Positions 17,957 to 27,059 of a stretch of 64,000 nucleotides of DNA are shown here, in pieces. The stretch comes from an uncultured delta proteobacterium (GTDB lineage: Bacteria; Desulfobacterota; Binatia; DP-6). The notes under the pieces were generated by a model. The model did not search any database. It was not told the origin of the DNA and saw nothing but the letters and a program-made list of their open reading frames with translations. Each line of letters starts with the position of its first letter. The first letter of the stretch is position 1. The stretch covers positions 288,001 through 352,000 of the forward strand of contig CAWFFN010000005.1 of the NCBI GenBank assembly GCA_963815115.1, in the 5' to 3' direction. The translations under genes were made by a program, and so were the position numbers.

Positions 17957-18379
17957 TCACGGCCGCGCATCCTTCCGCCAGGCTCCCGGGTGCTGCGGAA
18001 GGTCGTCGGTGATGACGTCCCAGGGTGCCTTCGAGCCGACGAAGGTGTGGAACTGCGGCGCGATGCCGGGATCGTCGTCGAACGCGCCGAGCCGGATCGA
18101 CACCTGCCGTCCTTCCGGCCAGTCACCGCCGAACAGACTCGAGCCGCAGACGACGCAGAACGCCTTCACGGCACCCGCGCCGCGACCGTAGACCCGGAGC
18201 AGCTCCGCGCCGGCGAGGAGGGTGAACTGCTCGCGCCACACCCGCGCCTGGGTACACACCGCGGTCCCCGAGTGCTTCCGGCAGCGCGAGCAGTGACAGT
18301 GGTTTGCCCGGATGAAGGGCGGCGTCACCTCGAAGCGCACACCGCCGCAGAGGCAGCTTCCCCGCACGACGTTCGCCAT
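17957..18379 (-). CDS. GFA/CENP-V family protein
   Basis: GSCLCGGVRF, CHCSRCRK, FCVVCGS. Confidence 0.9.
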   Translation of the reverse strand: MANVVRGSCLCGGVRFEVTPPFIRANHCHCSRCRKHSGTAVCTQARVWREQFTLLAGAELLRVYGRGAGAVKAFCVVCGSSLFGGDWPEGRQVSIRLGAFDDDPGIAPQFHTFVGSKAPWDVITDDLPQHPGAWRKDARP

Positions 18380-18463
18380 GATGTTCCATGCCACACGACA
18401 AGCGCTCGGGCGAGGTCGCCTGACCACGTTGACAGGAGCCGTGGAGAGCCGGGATACGAGGGC

Positions 18464-19201
18464 ATGACCGGCGTCGGTCACTCCGCGCGCTGGCACGGCT
18501 GGCCGCGCATCCCCACCCCGCCCGTCCCGGGTGGCAGCGGGCCCTGGCTCGAGCTGTCGCACACGCTCCGGCCGGCGCTGTCGCGCGTGTCGTCGTTCCC
18601 GGAAGCGCGCTTCGAGCGCCTCTACGAGATGCCGCGCGATCCGATGAACGCCACGACGATGGCGATGATCTGCCACTACGGCACGCACGTGGACGCGCCC
18701 TGCCACTTCATCCCGGGTGCGCCGGCCTTTCACGAGATTCCTCTCGAACGCCTGCACGGACCCGGCGTGGTCTGGCGGGTCGAGTGCGGGCCGGGGGACA
18801 CGATCACGGCCGAGCACCTCGCCGGGTGCGAGCCCGGCATGCGAGCGGGTGACATCGTGCTGCTCGACGCCGGCTGGGCCGGCCGCTTCGGCCGTCCGGA
18901 CTACGACGACAATCCCGCCCTCGGCGTCGACGCCGCGCAGTGGCTGGTGGAGCGGGGAGCGAAGCTCCTCGGGGTGGACTTCGCCACCCCGGATCTCGCC
19001 GTCCCCCGCCGGCAGCCCGGATTCGACTGGCCGGTGCATCACGTGCTCCTCGGCCACGGCGTCCTCATCGCGGAGCATCTCCGGAACCTCAGGCCGCTGG
19101 CGGGACGCCGTATCGAGGCGATGTTCCTCGCGCTCGCCATCGAAGGCAGCGACGGCGGCCCGGCGCGGGTGATCGCTCGCACGGCCGCGCCCGGGATCTA
19201 G
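18464..19201 (+). CDS. Cyclase family metal-dependent hydrolase (KynB-like)
   Basis: HYGTHVDAPCH, HHVLL, IAEHL, GSDGGPAR. Confidence 0.9.
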   Translation: MTGVGHSARWHGWPRIPTPPVPGGSGPWLELSHTLRPALSRVSSFPEARFERLYEMPRDPMNATTMAMICHYGTHVDAPCHFIPGAPAFHEIPLERLHGPGVVWRVECGPGDTITAEHLAGCEPGMRAGDIVLLDAGWAGRFGRPDYDDNPALGVDAAQWLVERGAKLLGVDFATPDLAVPRRQPGFDWPVHHVLLGHGVLIAEHLRNLRPLAGRRIEAMFLALAIEGSDGGPARVIARTAAPGI

Positions 19202-19410
19202 CTGCCGGCAGCCGAGCCTCCCCGGTGTACGCGGTTTCGCCAGCGGGGCCCAGACGTCCGGGCCCCCCGGCCAGGCACGGGGAGGCGCCGTACTTGATCC
19301 CCGTTGTGCCCAGGAGCTATGGGCGGGCCGGTGGTAGCCGGCCGCTCTCGACGAGCGGCGGCGCCTGGCAGCTCCCGCGACCAGTCGTCATGTCGATCCG
19401 AGACCCGGTC

Positions 19411-19436
19411 CAATCCGTTCGGAGTCGGTAGCCGTA
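19411..19436 (+). promoter_or_regulatory. Putative SigK-like ECF promoter CAATCC-N15-CCGTA
   Basis: About 40 nt upstream of the DUF4331 ATG; close to the recalled SigK consensus CCATCC-N15-CCGAA. Confidence 0.5.
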
Positions 19437-19476
19437 GGCACGGTCAAACTCTCATCGGGATAGAGGAGGGGACTCC

Positions 19477-20694
19477 ATGACTCATTCGATCTGGCGCGCC
19501 GCGATGCTCGCCACCGGCATGGCGATCGGGATCGCGGCTCTTTCTGCGGTCTCCTGCGTCGCCGCGGACCACTCGGAGGCGCCCGCGGCGGACGAGAATC
19601 GTCCGGTGGACATCGCCGACGTCTTCGCCTTCCTCGACCCGGCCGACAACACGCGCCTCGTCGTTGCGGCGACGCTGGTCGGCTTCATCGTGCCCTCCGA
19701 GAACGTCAACCAGGGCGCCTTCTCCGCCGAGGCGCGCTACCGCTTCGAGCTCGAGACGACCGGCGATGCCAGCCCGGATGCGTTCATCGACGTGACCTTC
19801 GACGCCCGGACGTCGACGACGACGCCGCAGACCGCCACCGTCTCGCTCCTCGGCAAGCGGACCTTCACCGCGCCGACGACGGTCGCGTCGCTGGCAGCCG
19901 CGCCGCCGGCCTTGATCGTGACCGACGACCCGACCACCGGCGTGCGCTTCTTCGCGGGTCTGGTCGACGACCCGTTCTTCTTCGACATTCCCGGCTTCAA
20001 CCGGTTCGTGGCCTCGATCCTCCAGGGCGCGCCGGATCCGACCAAGCTGCAGCGCGGGCGTGACAGCTTCGCCGGGTACAACGACCAGGCCATCGCCGTC
20101 AGCCTGCCGCTGTCGTTCCTCGGCGCGCAGCCGAGCAAGATCGGCGTCGACTTTCTCGCCCAGCTGCCGCGTCAGCGCGTCGCTCGGATCGTCAACGGCA
20201 AGCGCAAGGATCGCAAGCAGGAGTTCGTCGGACGCGGCACCTTCGTCAACGTCGACCGGATGGGCAACCCGGCCGTCAACACGGTGCTGATCCCGTTCGC
20301 GCGCAAGGACGAGTACAACTTCGCGTCCACGCAGGCCGACGCCGACGGGCGATTCGCCGACGACATCGTCGCCACCCTCACCAAGCTCGGCACCAACGCC
20401 ACCAACATCGGCATCCTCGCGAGCGTCGCGGTGACGACCGGCGACTTCCTGCGCGTCGATCCGACGGTCGCCAACTCCGGCCCCGGCGGCGGGAACAACC
20501 CGGGCGCCGGGTTCCCGAACGGCCGTCGCCTGGGCGACGACACGATCGACACGATCCTCTTCTTCGTCGCCAACCAGACCTCGATCGGCGACGGGGTGAA
20601 CGGCAACGACGTCGCCCTCGGCAACGCCTTCCCCTACTTCGCGCCTCCCCATCAGCCGCTCGACGCCGGCATCGACGACTTCACGCGGAACTGA
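19477..20694 (+). CDS. Secreted DUF4331 family protein
   Basis: Signal peptide then ADHSEAP, DIADVFAF, DDPFFFD, DRMGNPAVN, FPNGRRLGDD, FPY. Confidence 0.85.
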   Translation: MTHSIWRAAMLATGMAIGIAALSAVSCVAADHSEAPAADENRPVDIADVFAFLDPADNTRLVVAATLVGFIVPSENVNQGAFSAEARYRFELETTGDASPDAFIDVTFDARTSTTTPQTATVSLLGKRTFTAPTTVASLAAAPPALIVTDDPTTGVRFFAGLVDDPFFFDIPGFNRFVASILQGAPDPTKLQRGRDSFAGYNDQAIAVSLPLSFLGAQPSKIGVDFLAQLPRQRVARIVNGKRKDRKQEFVGRGTFVNVDRMGNPAVNTVLIPFARKDEYNFASTQADADGRFADDIVATLTKLGTNATNIGILASVAVTTGDFLRVDPTVANSGPGGGNNPGAGFPNGRRLGDDTIDTILFFVANQTSIGDGVNGNDVALGNAFPYFAPPHQPLDAGIDDFTRN

Positions 20695-20761
20695 GCTCGC
20701 GACGGACTCCCATGGCGCGCCTCCGCCCGGGCGGCGGAGGCGCAACGGGCGAGAGCGATCG

Positions 20762-22081
20762 ATGCGCGACACGACGGCCGGGGCGATGCTGCTGGTGCTC
20801 GCCGTGAGCGGATGCCGGGGGAGCTCCACTCCCTCGCGAGCGGCCACGGACGAGACCTCCGCGCGCGCTGCGGTCCGTGCCGACGTCGCGGTCGCCCAGG
20901 GAGCGATCGAGTTCCTCGAGCGTCGGGTCCGGGAGGACCCGCTCGACATCGTGGCTCTCGACAAGCTGGCGGGCCGCTACCTCCAGCGCGTCCGCGAGAC
21001 GGGCGACGTCACCTACGTGCAGCTCGCAACGCGCGCCGCCGAGATGTCCCTCGCCGCCGTCCCCGCGGAGCGGAACGTCGCGGCCCTCGCGGCGCTCACG
21101 CAGGCGGAGCACGCGGCGCATCGCTTCGCCGAGGCGCGCGACCACGCGCGGCAGCTGGTCGTGCTCGACGGACGCCAGGCGTACCCCTACCAGCTCCTGG
21201 GCGACGCGCTCCTCGAGCTGGGCGCGTACGACGAGGCGGGCGAGGCGTACCGGCAGATGCGACGTCGCAGGCCGGCGGGCGTCGCGACCGAGTCGCGCCG
21301 GGCGCGGATGGCCGTGCTGCGCGGCGCGCCGCGGCGTGCCGCGGTACATCTCGAGGCGGCGCTCGCGGCCGCGCTCGCCGCAGCCACGCGGTCGCGCGAG
21401 ACCATCGCCTGGTGCCGCTGGCAGCTCGGCGAGCTGGCCTTCATGACGGGGGACTATCCGACCGCCGAACGCTGGCAGCGCGAGGCGCTCGCCGGCTATC
21501 CGGACTATCCCCACGCGCTCGCGTCCCTCGCGCGCGTTCGCGCCGCGCGCGCCGACGTCGACGACGCCATCGCGCTCTACGAGCGCGCCGTGGCCATCCT
21601 GCCCGACCCGGCGGTCGTCGCCGCGCTGGGCGACCTCTATTCGGTGGCGGGACGTGAGCGGGAGGCGCGCGCGCAGTGGGACCTGGTCGAGGCCATCGGC
21701 CGCCTCAACGCCTGGAACGGCAATCTCTACGATCGCCAGATCGCGATGTTCCATGCCGATCACGGCACGCAGCTCGCCGAGGGTCACGCGAGCGCGCTGC
21801 GGGCGTTCGAGTTGCGGCGCGACATCTATGGTGCCGACGCCGTCGCCTGGACGGCGTACCGGGCGGGCGACATCGATGGGGCGCGGGCGGCCATGGCCGA
21901 TGCGCTGCGGCTTGGCACCCGCGACACCCGCCTCTTCTTCCATGCCGGCATGATCGCGCAGGCCGCCGGGGACGCCGAGGCCGCCCGGACCTACCTCGCT
22001 CGCGCGCTGCGGCTGAGCCCGCGCTTCGATCCCCTGCAGGCGGACGTGGCCCGCGTCGCGCTCGCCCGCACGGCGTCCTGA
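20762..22081 (+). CDS. TPR-repeat lipoprotein (usual DUF4331 partner)
   Basis: LAVSGC lipobox, multiple TPR helices, DAVAW and FHAGMI motifs. Confidence 0.82.
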   Translation: MRDTTAGAMLLVLAVSGCRGSSTPSRAATDETSARAAVRADVAVAQGAIEFLERRVREDPLDIVALDKLAGRYLQRVRETGDVTYVQLATRAAEMSLAAVPAERNVAALAALTQAEHAAHRFAEARDHARQLVVLDGRQAYPYQLLGDALLELGAYDEAGEAYRQMRRRRPAGVATESRRARMAVLRGAPRRAAVHLEAALAAALAAATRSRETIAWCRWQLGELAFMTGDYPTAERWQREALAGYPDYPHALASLARVRAARADVDDAIALYERAVAILPDPAVVAALGDLYSVAGREREARAQWDLVEAIGRLNAWNGNLYDRQIAMFHADHGTQLAEGHASALRAFELRRDIYGADAVAWTAYRAGDIDGARAAMADALRLGTRDTRLFFHAGMIAQAAGDAEAARTYLARALRLSPRFDPLQADVARVALARTAS

Positions 22082-22289
22082 CGGCGACGACCAGCACGCC
22101 ATCGACCTCCTCGACGCCAACGCGCATTGACGGCCCCAGCGCCCTCCCATAGACCCGGGAAGGGCGACGGTATGGGGTGGTAGGCCGGGCCTTCGACAGG
22201 CGCCGTGCCGGGAACAGCCGCTCACGGCGCTCCGGCTCTTCCCGGGTCGCCATCAGGGACGGCGAGACGCGCCCGAGGAGAAAGCACCG

Positions 22290-23162
22290 ATGAAAGCACG
22301 CGAAGGGACCTCGATGTCCGACATCGTCGGACGGTACGAGGACCAGCTTCTGCCCGCATGGGTCCAGCATCAGCTCGCGGCGGCGACGCTGCGCCGCGAC
22401 CTCATGAAGGACGACGAGCTGGAGACGCAGTCGCGCCGGTTCCTCGGCGCGCTGCGAAAGGTCCTGCAGAACGGCGGCGCGGACCAGGACATCACGGCGC
22501 CGGCATGGGACGAGGCTCGCGAGCTGCTGGGGGACATCGCGCAGATGCGCGCCCGCCAGGGGTTCTCGCCTTCGGAGACGGCCACGTTCGTGTTCTCGCT
22601 CAAGCGGCCGCTGTTCGAGCGCCTGAGCGCCGAGCTCGAGCGCGACCCGGCGGCGCTCGCTGAGGCGACCTGGAAGAGCAGCGTGCTGCTCGATCAGCTC
22701 GGCCTCTACACCACCGAGGTGTACCAGAAGGGTCGTGACGAGCTCATCGCCCGCCAGCAGGAGGAGATGCTGGAGCTGTCGACCCCCGTCGTCGAGCTGT
22801 GGGACGGCATCCTCGCACTTCCGATGATCGGCACGCTCGACAGCGCGCGCACGCAGATCGTCATGGAGACCCTGCTCCAGAAGATCGTCGACACCGGCGC
22901 GGCCATCGCGATCATCGACATCACCGGGGTCCCGACGGTCGATACCCTGGTCGCGCAGCATCTGCTGAAGACCGTGGCGGCAGCCCGGCTCATGGGGGCC
23001 GAGTGCATCATCAGCGGGATCAGGCCGCAGATCGCGCAGACCGTCGTGCACCTCGGCGTCGACCTCCAGGACGTGATCACGAAGGCGACGCTCGCCGACG
23101 CCTTCGCGGTGGCGCTCAAGAAGACCGGGCTCGCCGTCGGGCCTCGCGCCACCACCGGGTGA
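22290..23162 (+). CDS. rsbR: Stressosome RsbR (N-terminal globin-like sensor + STAS)
   Basis: RARQGFSPSETA, ELSTPVV, IGTLDSART, IDITGVPTVDT, ISGIRPQIAQT. Confidence 0.93.
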   Translation: MKAREGTSMSDIVGRYEDQLLPAWVQHQLAAATLRRDLMKDDELETQSRRFLGALRKVLQNGGADQDITAPAWDEARELLGDIAQMRARQGFSPSETATFVFSLKRPLFERLSAELERDPAALAEATWKSSVLLDQLGLYTTEVYQKGRDELIARQQEEMLELSTPVVELWDGILALPMIGTLDSARTQIVMETLLQKIVDTGAAIAIIDITGVPTVDTLVAQHLLKTVAAARLMGAECIISGIRPQIAQTVVHLGVDLQDVITKATLADAFAVALKKTGLAVGPRATTG

Positions 23163-23169
23163 CGGTCGG

Positions 23170-23550
23170 ATGGAACGCATCCCGATCCTCAAGATGGGCA
23201 ACTGCCTCCTGGTGAGCATCCAGGTGGACATGCACGACCGTCTCGCGATGACCCTGCAGGACGACCTGACGGCGCGCATCGCCGAGACGCGTGCCCGCGG
23301 CGTCCTGATCGACATCTCCGCGCTCGAGATCGTCGACTCCTTCATCGGTCGCATGCTCGCGAACATCGCCGCCATGGCGCGAGTGCTCGACGCGCGGACC
23401 GTGGTCGTCGGGATGCGTCCCGCGGTCGCCATCACCCTCGTGGAGCTGGGACTCTCGCTCCCGGGTGTGCGCACCGCGCTCAACGTCGAGCGCGGCATGG
23501 AGCTGATCGGCTTGCAGGCCGATGGACCGGATGGCCGTCGTCAAGCATGA
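23170..23550 (+). CDS. rsbS: Stressosome RsbS (STAS)
   Basis: RIPILK, DISALEIVDSF, GMRPAVAITLVELG. Confidence 0.93.
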   Translation: MERIPILKMGNCLLVSIQVDMHDRLAMTLQDDLTARIAETRARGVLIDISALEIVDSFIGRMLANIAAMARVLDARTVVVGMRPAVAITLVELGLSLPGVRTALNVERGMELIGLQADGPDGRRQA

Positions 23551-23935
23551 CACCCGCGCGCTGCGGGACAGCGAGGACGTGGTGAAGGTCCGCCAGACCG
23601 TGCGCGAGTGGTCCATCTCGTGCGGCTTCAGCCTGGTGGACCAGACGAAGATGGTGACCGCGGCCAGCGAGCTGGCACGCAACGCGGTCCTCCACGGCGG
23701 CGGGGGAACGGTCCGGCTCGAGACGCTGAACGACGGCGCGCGGCGGGGCCTGCGGGTCGTCTTCGAGGACGCGGGCCCCGGCATTCCGGACGTCACGCAG
23801 GCGCTGCGGGACGGCTTCACGACGGGATCCGGTCTCGGCCTCGGGCTCGGTGGAGCGCGCCGCCTGGTCAACGAGTTCGACATCGATTCACGCCCCGGCT
23901 CCGGCACGCGGGTGGCCATCACACGATGGAAGTGA
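23531..23935 (+). CDS. rsbT: RsbT Ser/Thr kinase
   Basis: DVVKVRQ, TAASELARN, DAGPGI, GLGLGLGGARRLVNEF; alternative start 23522. Confidence 0.93.
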   Translation: MAVVKHDTRALRDSEDVVKVRQTVREWSISCGFSLVDQTKMVTAASELARNAVLHGGGGTVRLETLNDGARRGLRVVFEDAGPGIPDVTQALRDGFTTGSGLGLGLGGARRLVNEFDIDSRPGSGTRVAITRWK

Positions 23936-24948
23936 CCGAGCACGCCCTCCTCGACGTCCGGGACGCCAGCGGCGCGGGTCACGCGCGTCGCACGGCCGCC
24001 GGGCTCGCCGAGAAGATCGGCTTCTCCGCGGCCGAGATCGGACGGCTGGGGATCGTCGTGACGGAGGCGGCGACGAATCTCGTGAAGCACGGTGGCGGCG
24101 GTCAGCTCCTCCTGCGCACGCTCGGGTGCGGCGAGAGGCGCGGGGTCGGCGTGCTCGCGCTCGATCGCGGCCCCGGATTCACCAATCTCGCCGAGGCGAT
24201 GCGCGACGGATTCTCGAGCGCCGGCACGCCCGGTACCGGTCTCGGTGCCATCCGTCGGCTGTCCACGCAGTTCGACATCTACTCCGTCCCCGGTGCCGGC
24301 GCGGCGCTGATGGCCACGCTGTGGCCCGGCCGGGGGCCTGCGAACGTGCCGGGGCCGCTGGCGAGCGGCATCAACGTCGCCTGTCCGGGCGAGCACGTCT
24401 CGGGAGATGCCTGGGCGCTCCAGACGGCTCCCGAGCGCACGGTCATCCTCATGTCCGACGGGCTCGGCCACGGGGTGCTGGCCGCGGCCGCGTCGGAGGC
24501 CGCTGTAGCGATCTTCCGCCAGCGGGTCGGCCTCGCGCCACCGGAGATCGTCGAGCACATCCACGATGGCCTCCGTCCAACGCGAGGGGCCGCCGTAGCG
24601 GTCACCGAGATCGACAGCCGCCACGGCGTCATCCGCTTCGCCGGGATCGGGAACATCGCCGGAACGATCCTGGGGGACGGCCGCACCTGGAGCCTGGTGT
24701 CCCACCACGGGACCGCCGGGCACGACGTTCGGAAGATCCAGGAATTCTCGTATCCGTGGCCGGCGGGCGCGACGCTCGTGCTGCACTCCGACGGGCTCAC
24801 CTCGCACTGGACGTTCGACCGTCACCCGGGCCTCGCCGCCCGCCATCCCATGCTGATCGCCGGCATCCTCTATCGCGACTTCCGTCGCGGTCGTGACGAC
24901 ACCAGCGTCGTGGTGCTCCGGGAGGAGCCCGAATGCCCACGATCCTGA
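23926..24948 (+). CDS. RsbT-like ATPase fused to a SpoIIE/PP2C phosphatase (RsbX-like)
   Basis: TEAATNLVKH, DRGPG, GTGLGAIRRLS, then SGD, DGLGHG, HSDGL, RGRDD. Confidence 0.88.
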   Translation: MEVTEHALLDVRDASGAGHARRTAAGLAEKIGFSAAEIGRLGIVVTEAATNLVKHGGGGQLLLRTLGCGERRGVGVLALDRGPGFTNLAEAMRDGFSSAGTPGTGLGAIRRLSTQFDIYSVPGAGAALMATLWPGRGPANVPGPLASGINVACPGEHVSGDAWALQTAPERTVILMSDGLGHGVLAAAASEAAVAIFRQRVGLAPPEIVEHIHDGLRPTRGAAVAVTEIDSRHGVIRFAGIGNIAGTILGDGRTWSLVSHHGTAGHDVRKIQEFSYPWPAGATLVLHSDGLTSHWTFDRHPGLAARHPMLIAGILYRDFRRGRDDTSVVVLREEPECPRS

Positions 24949-27056
24949 GAGTGGCGATCCGCTACGAGCGTGACGTGGTGCTTGCCCGCCAGCGCGCCCG
25001 GCAGATCGCCTCGCTGATCGGCTTCGACATCCAGGATCAGACGCGCATCGCCACCGCCGTGTCCGAGATCGCCCGAAACGCCTTCGAGTACGCGCGCGCC
25101 GGCGACGTCGAGTTCCGGCTCGAGGGTAGCACCCGGCCGCAGCTGCTCGTGGTCGAGGTCAAGGACCAGGGGCCGGGGATTCCCGACCTGCCGGCGGTCC
25201 TGGAAGGGCGGTATCGTTCCCGGACCGGCATGGGAGTCGGAATCGTCGGCGCACGGCGTCTGATGGACCGGTTCGAGGTCACATCGACATCCGGGGGCGG
25301 AACGACGGTCGCGCTCACCCGATTGCTGCCGCGAAGAGCCGGCGTTCTCTCCCCGGACGCCATCGCGGGGATGTCCGCAGCGATTCAGCGTGAGGCGCCG
25401 AGCGATCCGTTCGACGAGATCCAGCGGCAGAACCAGGAGCTGCTGCGCGCGCTCGACGAGCTGGGCCGGCGCCAGGAGGAGCTCGGGGCGCTGAACCGCG
25501 AGCTCGAGGACACCAACCGGGGCGTGGTGGCGCTGTATGCCGAGCTCGACGAGAAGGCCGACCACCTGCGGCGTGCGGACGAGATCAAGTCGCGCTTCCT
25601 CTCCAACATGACCCACGAGTTCCGGACGCCGGTCAACTCGATCCAGGCACTGGCACGCATCCTGCTCGACCGCACCGACGGGGACCTGAGCCCCGAGCAG
25701 GAGCGGCAGGTCACCTTCATCCGCAAGGCGGCCGACGCACTCGGCGAGCTGGTGAACGACCTCCTCGATCTCGCGAAGATCGAAGCCGGGAAGATCGTGG
25801 TACGTCCGATCGAGTTCGACGTCGGCCATCTGTTCGGTGCCCTCCGCGGCATGCTGAGGCCGCTGCTGGTGAACGAGTCGGTGGCGCTCGTCTTCGAGGA
25901 GCCGGAGGGCCTTCCCCCGCTCTACACCGACGAGGCGAAGGTCTCCCAGATTCTCCGCAACTTCCTCTCGAACGCGCTCAAGTTCACCGAGCGGGGCGAG
26001 GTGCGCGTCACGGCGCGCCAACTCGGGGACGAGAACGCGATCGCCTTCGCGGTCGCGGATACCGGCAGCGGGATCGCGGCCGAGGACCACGAGATGATCT
26101 TCCAGGAGTTCACCCAGATCGACAGCCCGCTCCAGCGCCGCGTCCAGGGAACGGGACTCGGCCTGCCGCTCTGCCGCAAGCTCGCCGAGCTGCTCGGCGG
26201 GCGCGTCAACGTCGCGAGCGAGCCGGGTGTGGGGTCGACGTTCACCGCGGTCATCCCCACGGTCTACGCGCCGTTCATGGGCCCCACGCCCACCTGGGAG
26301 GTCGACCCGCGGCGAGTACCGATACTGGTGGTCGAGGACAGCAGCGAGACGCTCCTGGTGTACGACAAGATGCTCGGCAGCGCGGGATTTCAGGTGCTGG
26401 GCGCGCGCTCCGTGCGCGAGGCGCGCGACGCGCTGGCGAGCTTTCGGCCGCGCGCGATCATCCTCGACATCATGCTCAAGGGGGAGGATGCCTGGACTCT
26501 GCTCACCGAGCTGAAGCGCAGCCCCGATCTCCAGGACATCCCGGTGGCCGTGGTGAGCACGGTGGAGGACGAGCGCAAGGCGCTGGCCCTGGGCGCGGAC
26601 GTCTACTGCCGCAAGCCGCTCGACCGCCAGACGCTTCTCGGGATCGTGGCGCCGCTCGCGGCGCCCGGCACCAGCAAGCGCGTGCTCGTCGCGGACGACG
26701 AGGAGATCTCGCGCTACGTGCTCCGCCAGCATCTCCTCGCCGCGCGCCACGTGATCTCCGAGGCGGCGACCGGCGAGGAAGCGCTGCGACTCGCGCGCGC
26801 CGAGCGTCCCGATCTGATCTGTCTCGATCTCGAGATGCCGGACATCGGAGGCACCGAGGTCCTGCGCCTCCTCCGGGCAGATCCCGGGACGCGAGACATT
26901 CCGGTGGTGGTCGTCACCGCGACACCCCTCGACGACGCCGGCCGGCGCCGGCTGGGAGAGCTCGCGGCACACGTCCTCACCAAGGACGCGGTCACGTGCG
27001 AGCAGGTGCTCGCCGCCGTGAACGCCGCGATGCGCGGGCCGGAGGGAGCGGCGTAG
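24933..27056 (+). CDS. Hybrid histidine kinase: RsbT-like domain + HisKA + HATPase + two REC
   Basis: ATAVSEIARN; SNMTHEFRTP; NALKFT; GTGLGL; VVEDS and VADDE receivers. Confidence 0.92.
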   Translation: MPTILRVAIRYERDVVLARQRARQIASLIGFDIQDQTRIATAVSEIARNAFEYARAGDVEFRLEGSTRPQLLVVEVKDQGPGIPDLPAVLEGRYRSRTGMGVGIVGARRLMDRFEVTSTSGGGTTVALTRLLPRRAGVLSPDAIAGMSAAIQREAPSDPFDEIQRQNQELLRALDELGRRQEELGALNRELEDTNRGVVALYAELDEKADHLRRADEIKSRFLSNMTHEFRTPVNSIQALARILLDRTDGDLSPEQERQVTFIRKAADALGELVNDLLDLAKIEAGKIVVRPIEFDVGHLFGALRGMLRPLLVNESVALVFEEPEGLPPLYTDEAKVSQILRNFLSNALKFTERGEVRVTARQLGDENAIAFAVADTGSGIAAEDHEMIFQEFTQIDSPLQRRVQGTGLGLPLCRKLAELLGGRVNVASEPGVGSTFTAVIPTVYAPFMGPTPTWEVDPRRVPILVVEDSSETLLVYDKMLGSAGFQVLGARSVREARDALASFRPRAIILDIMLKGEDAWTLLTELKRSPDLQDIPVAVVSTVEDERKALALGADVYCRKPLDRQTLLGIVAPLAAPGTSKRVLVADDEEISRYVLRQHLLAARHVISEAATGEEALRLARAERPDLICLDLEMPDIGGTEVLRLLRADPGTRDIPVVVVTATPLDDAGRRRLGELAAHVLTKDAVTCEQVLAAVNAAMRGPEGAA

Positions 27057-27059
27057 GCG

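Noticed and set aside
19202-19410. 200-bp intergenic gap as a possible ncRNA
   Set aside because: Only short GC hairpins expected by chance; no recognisable RNA family
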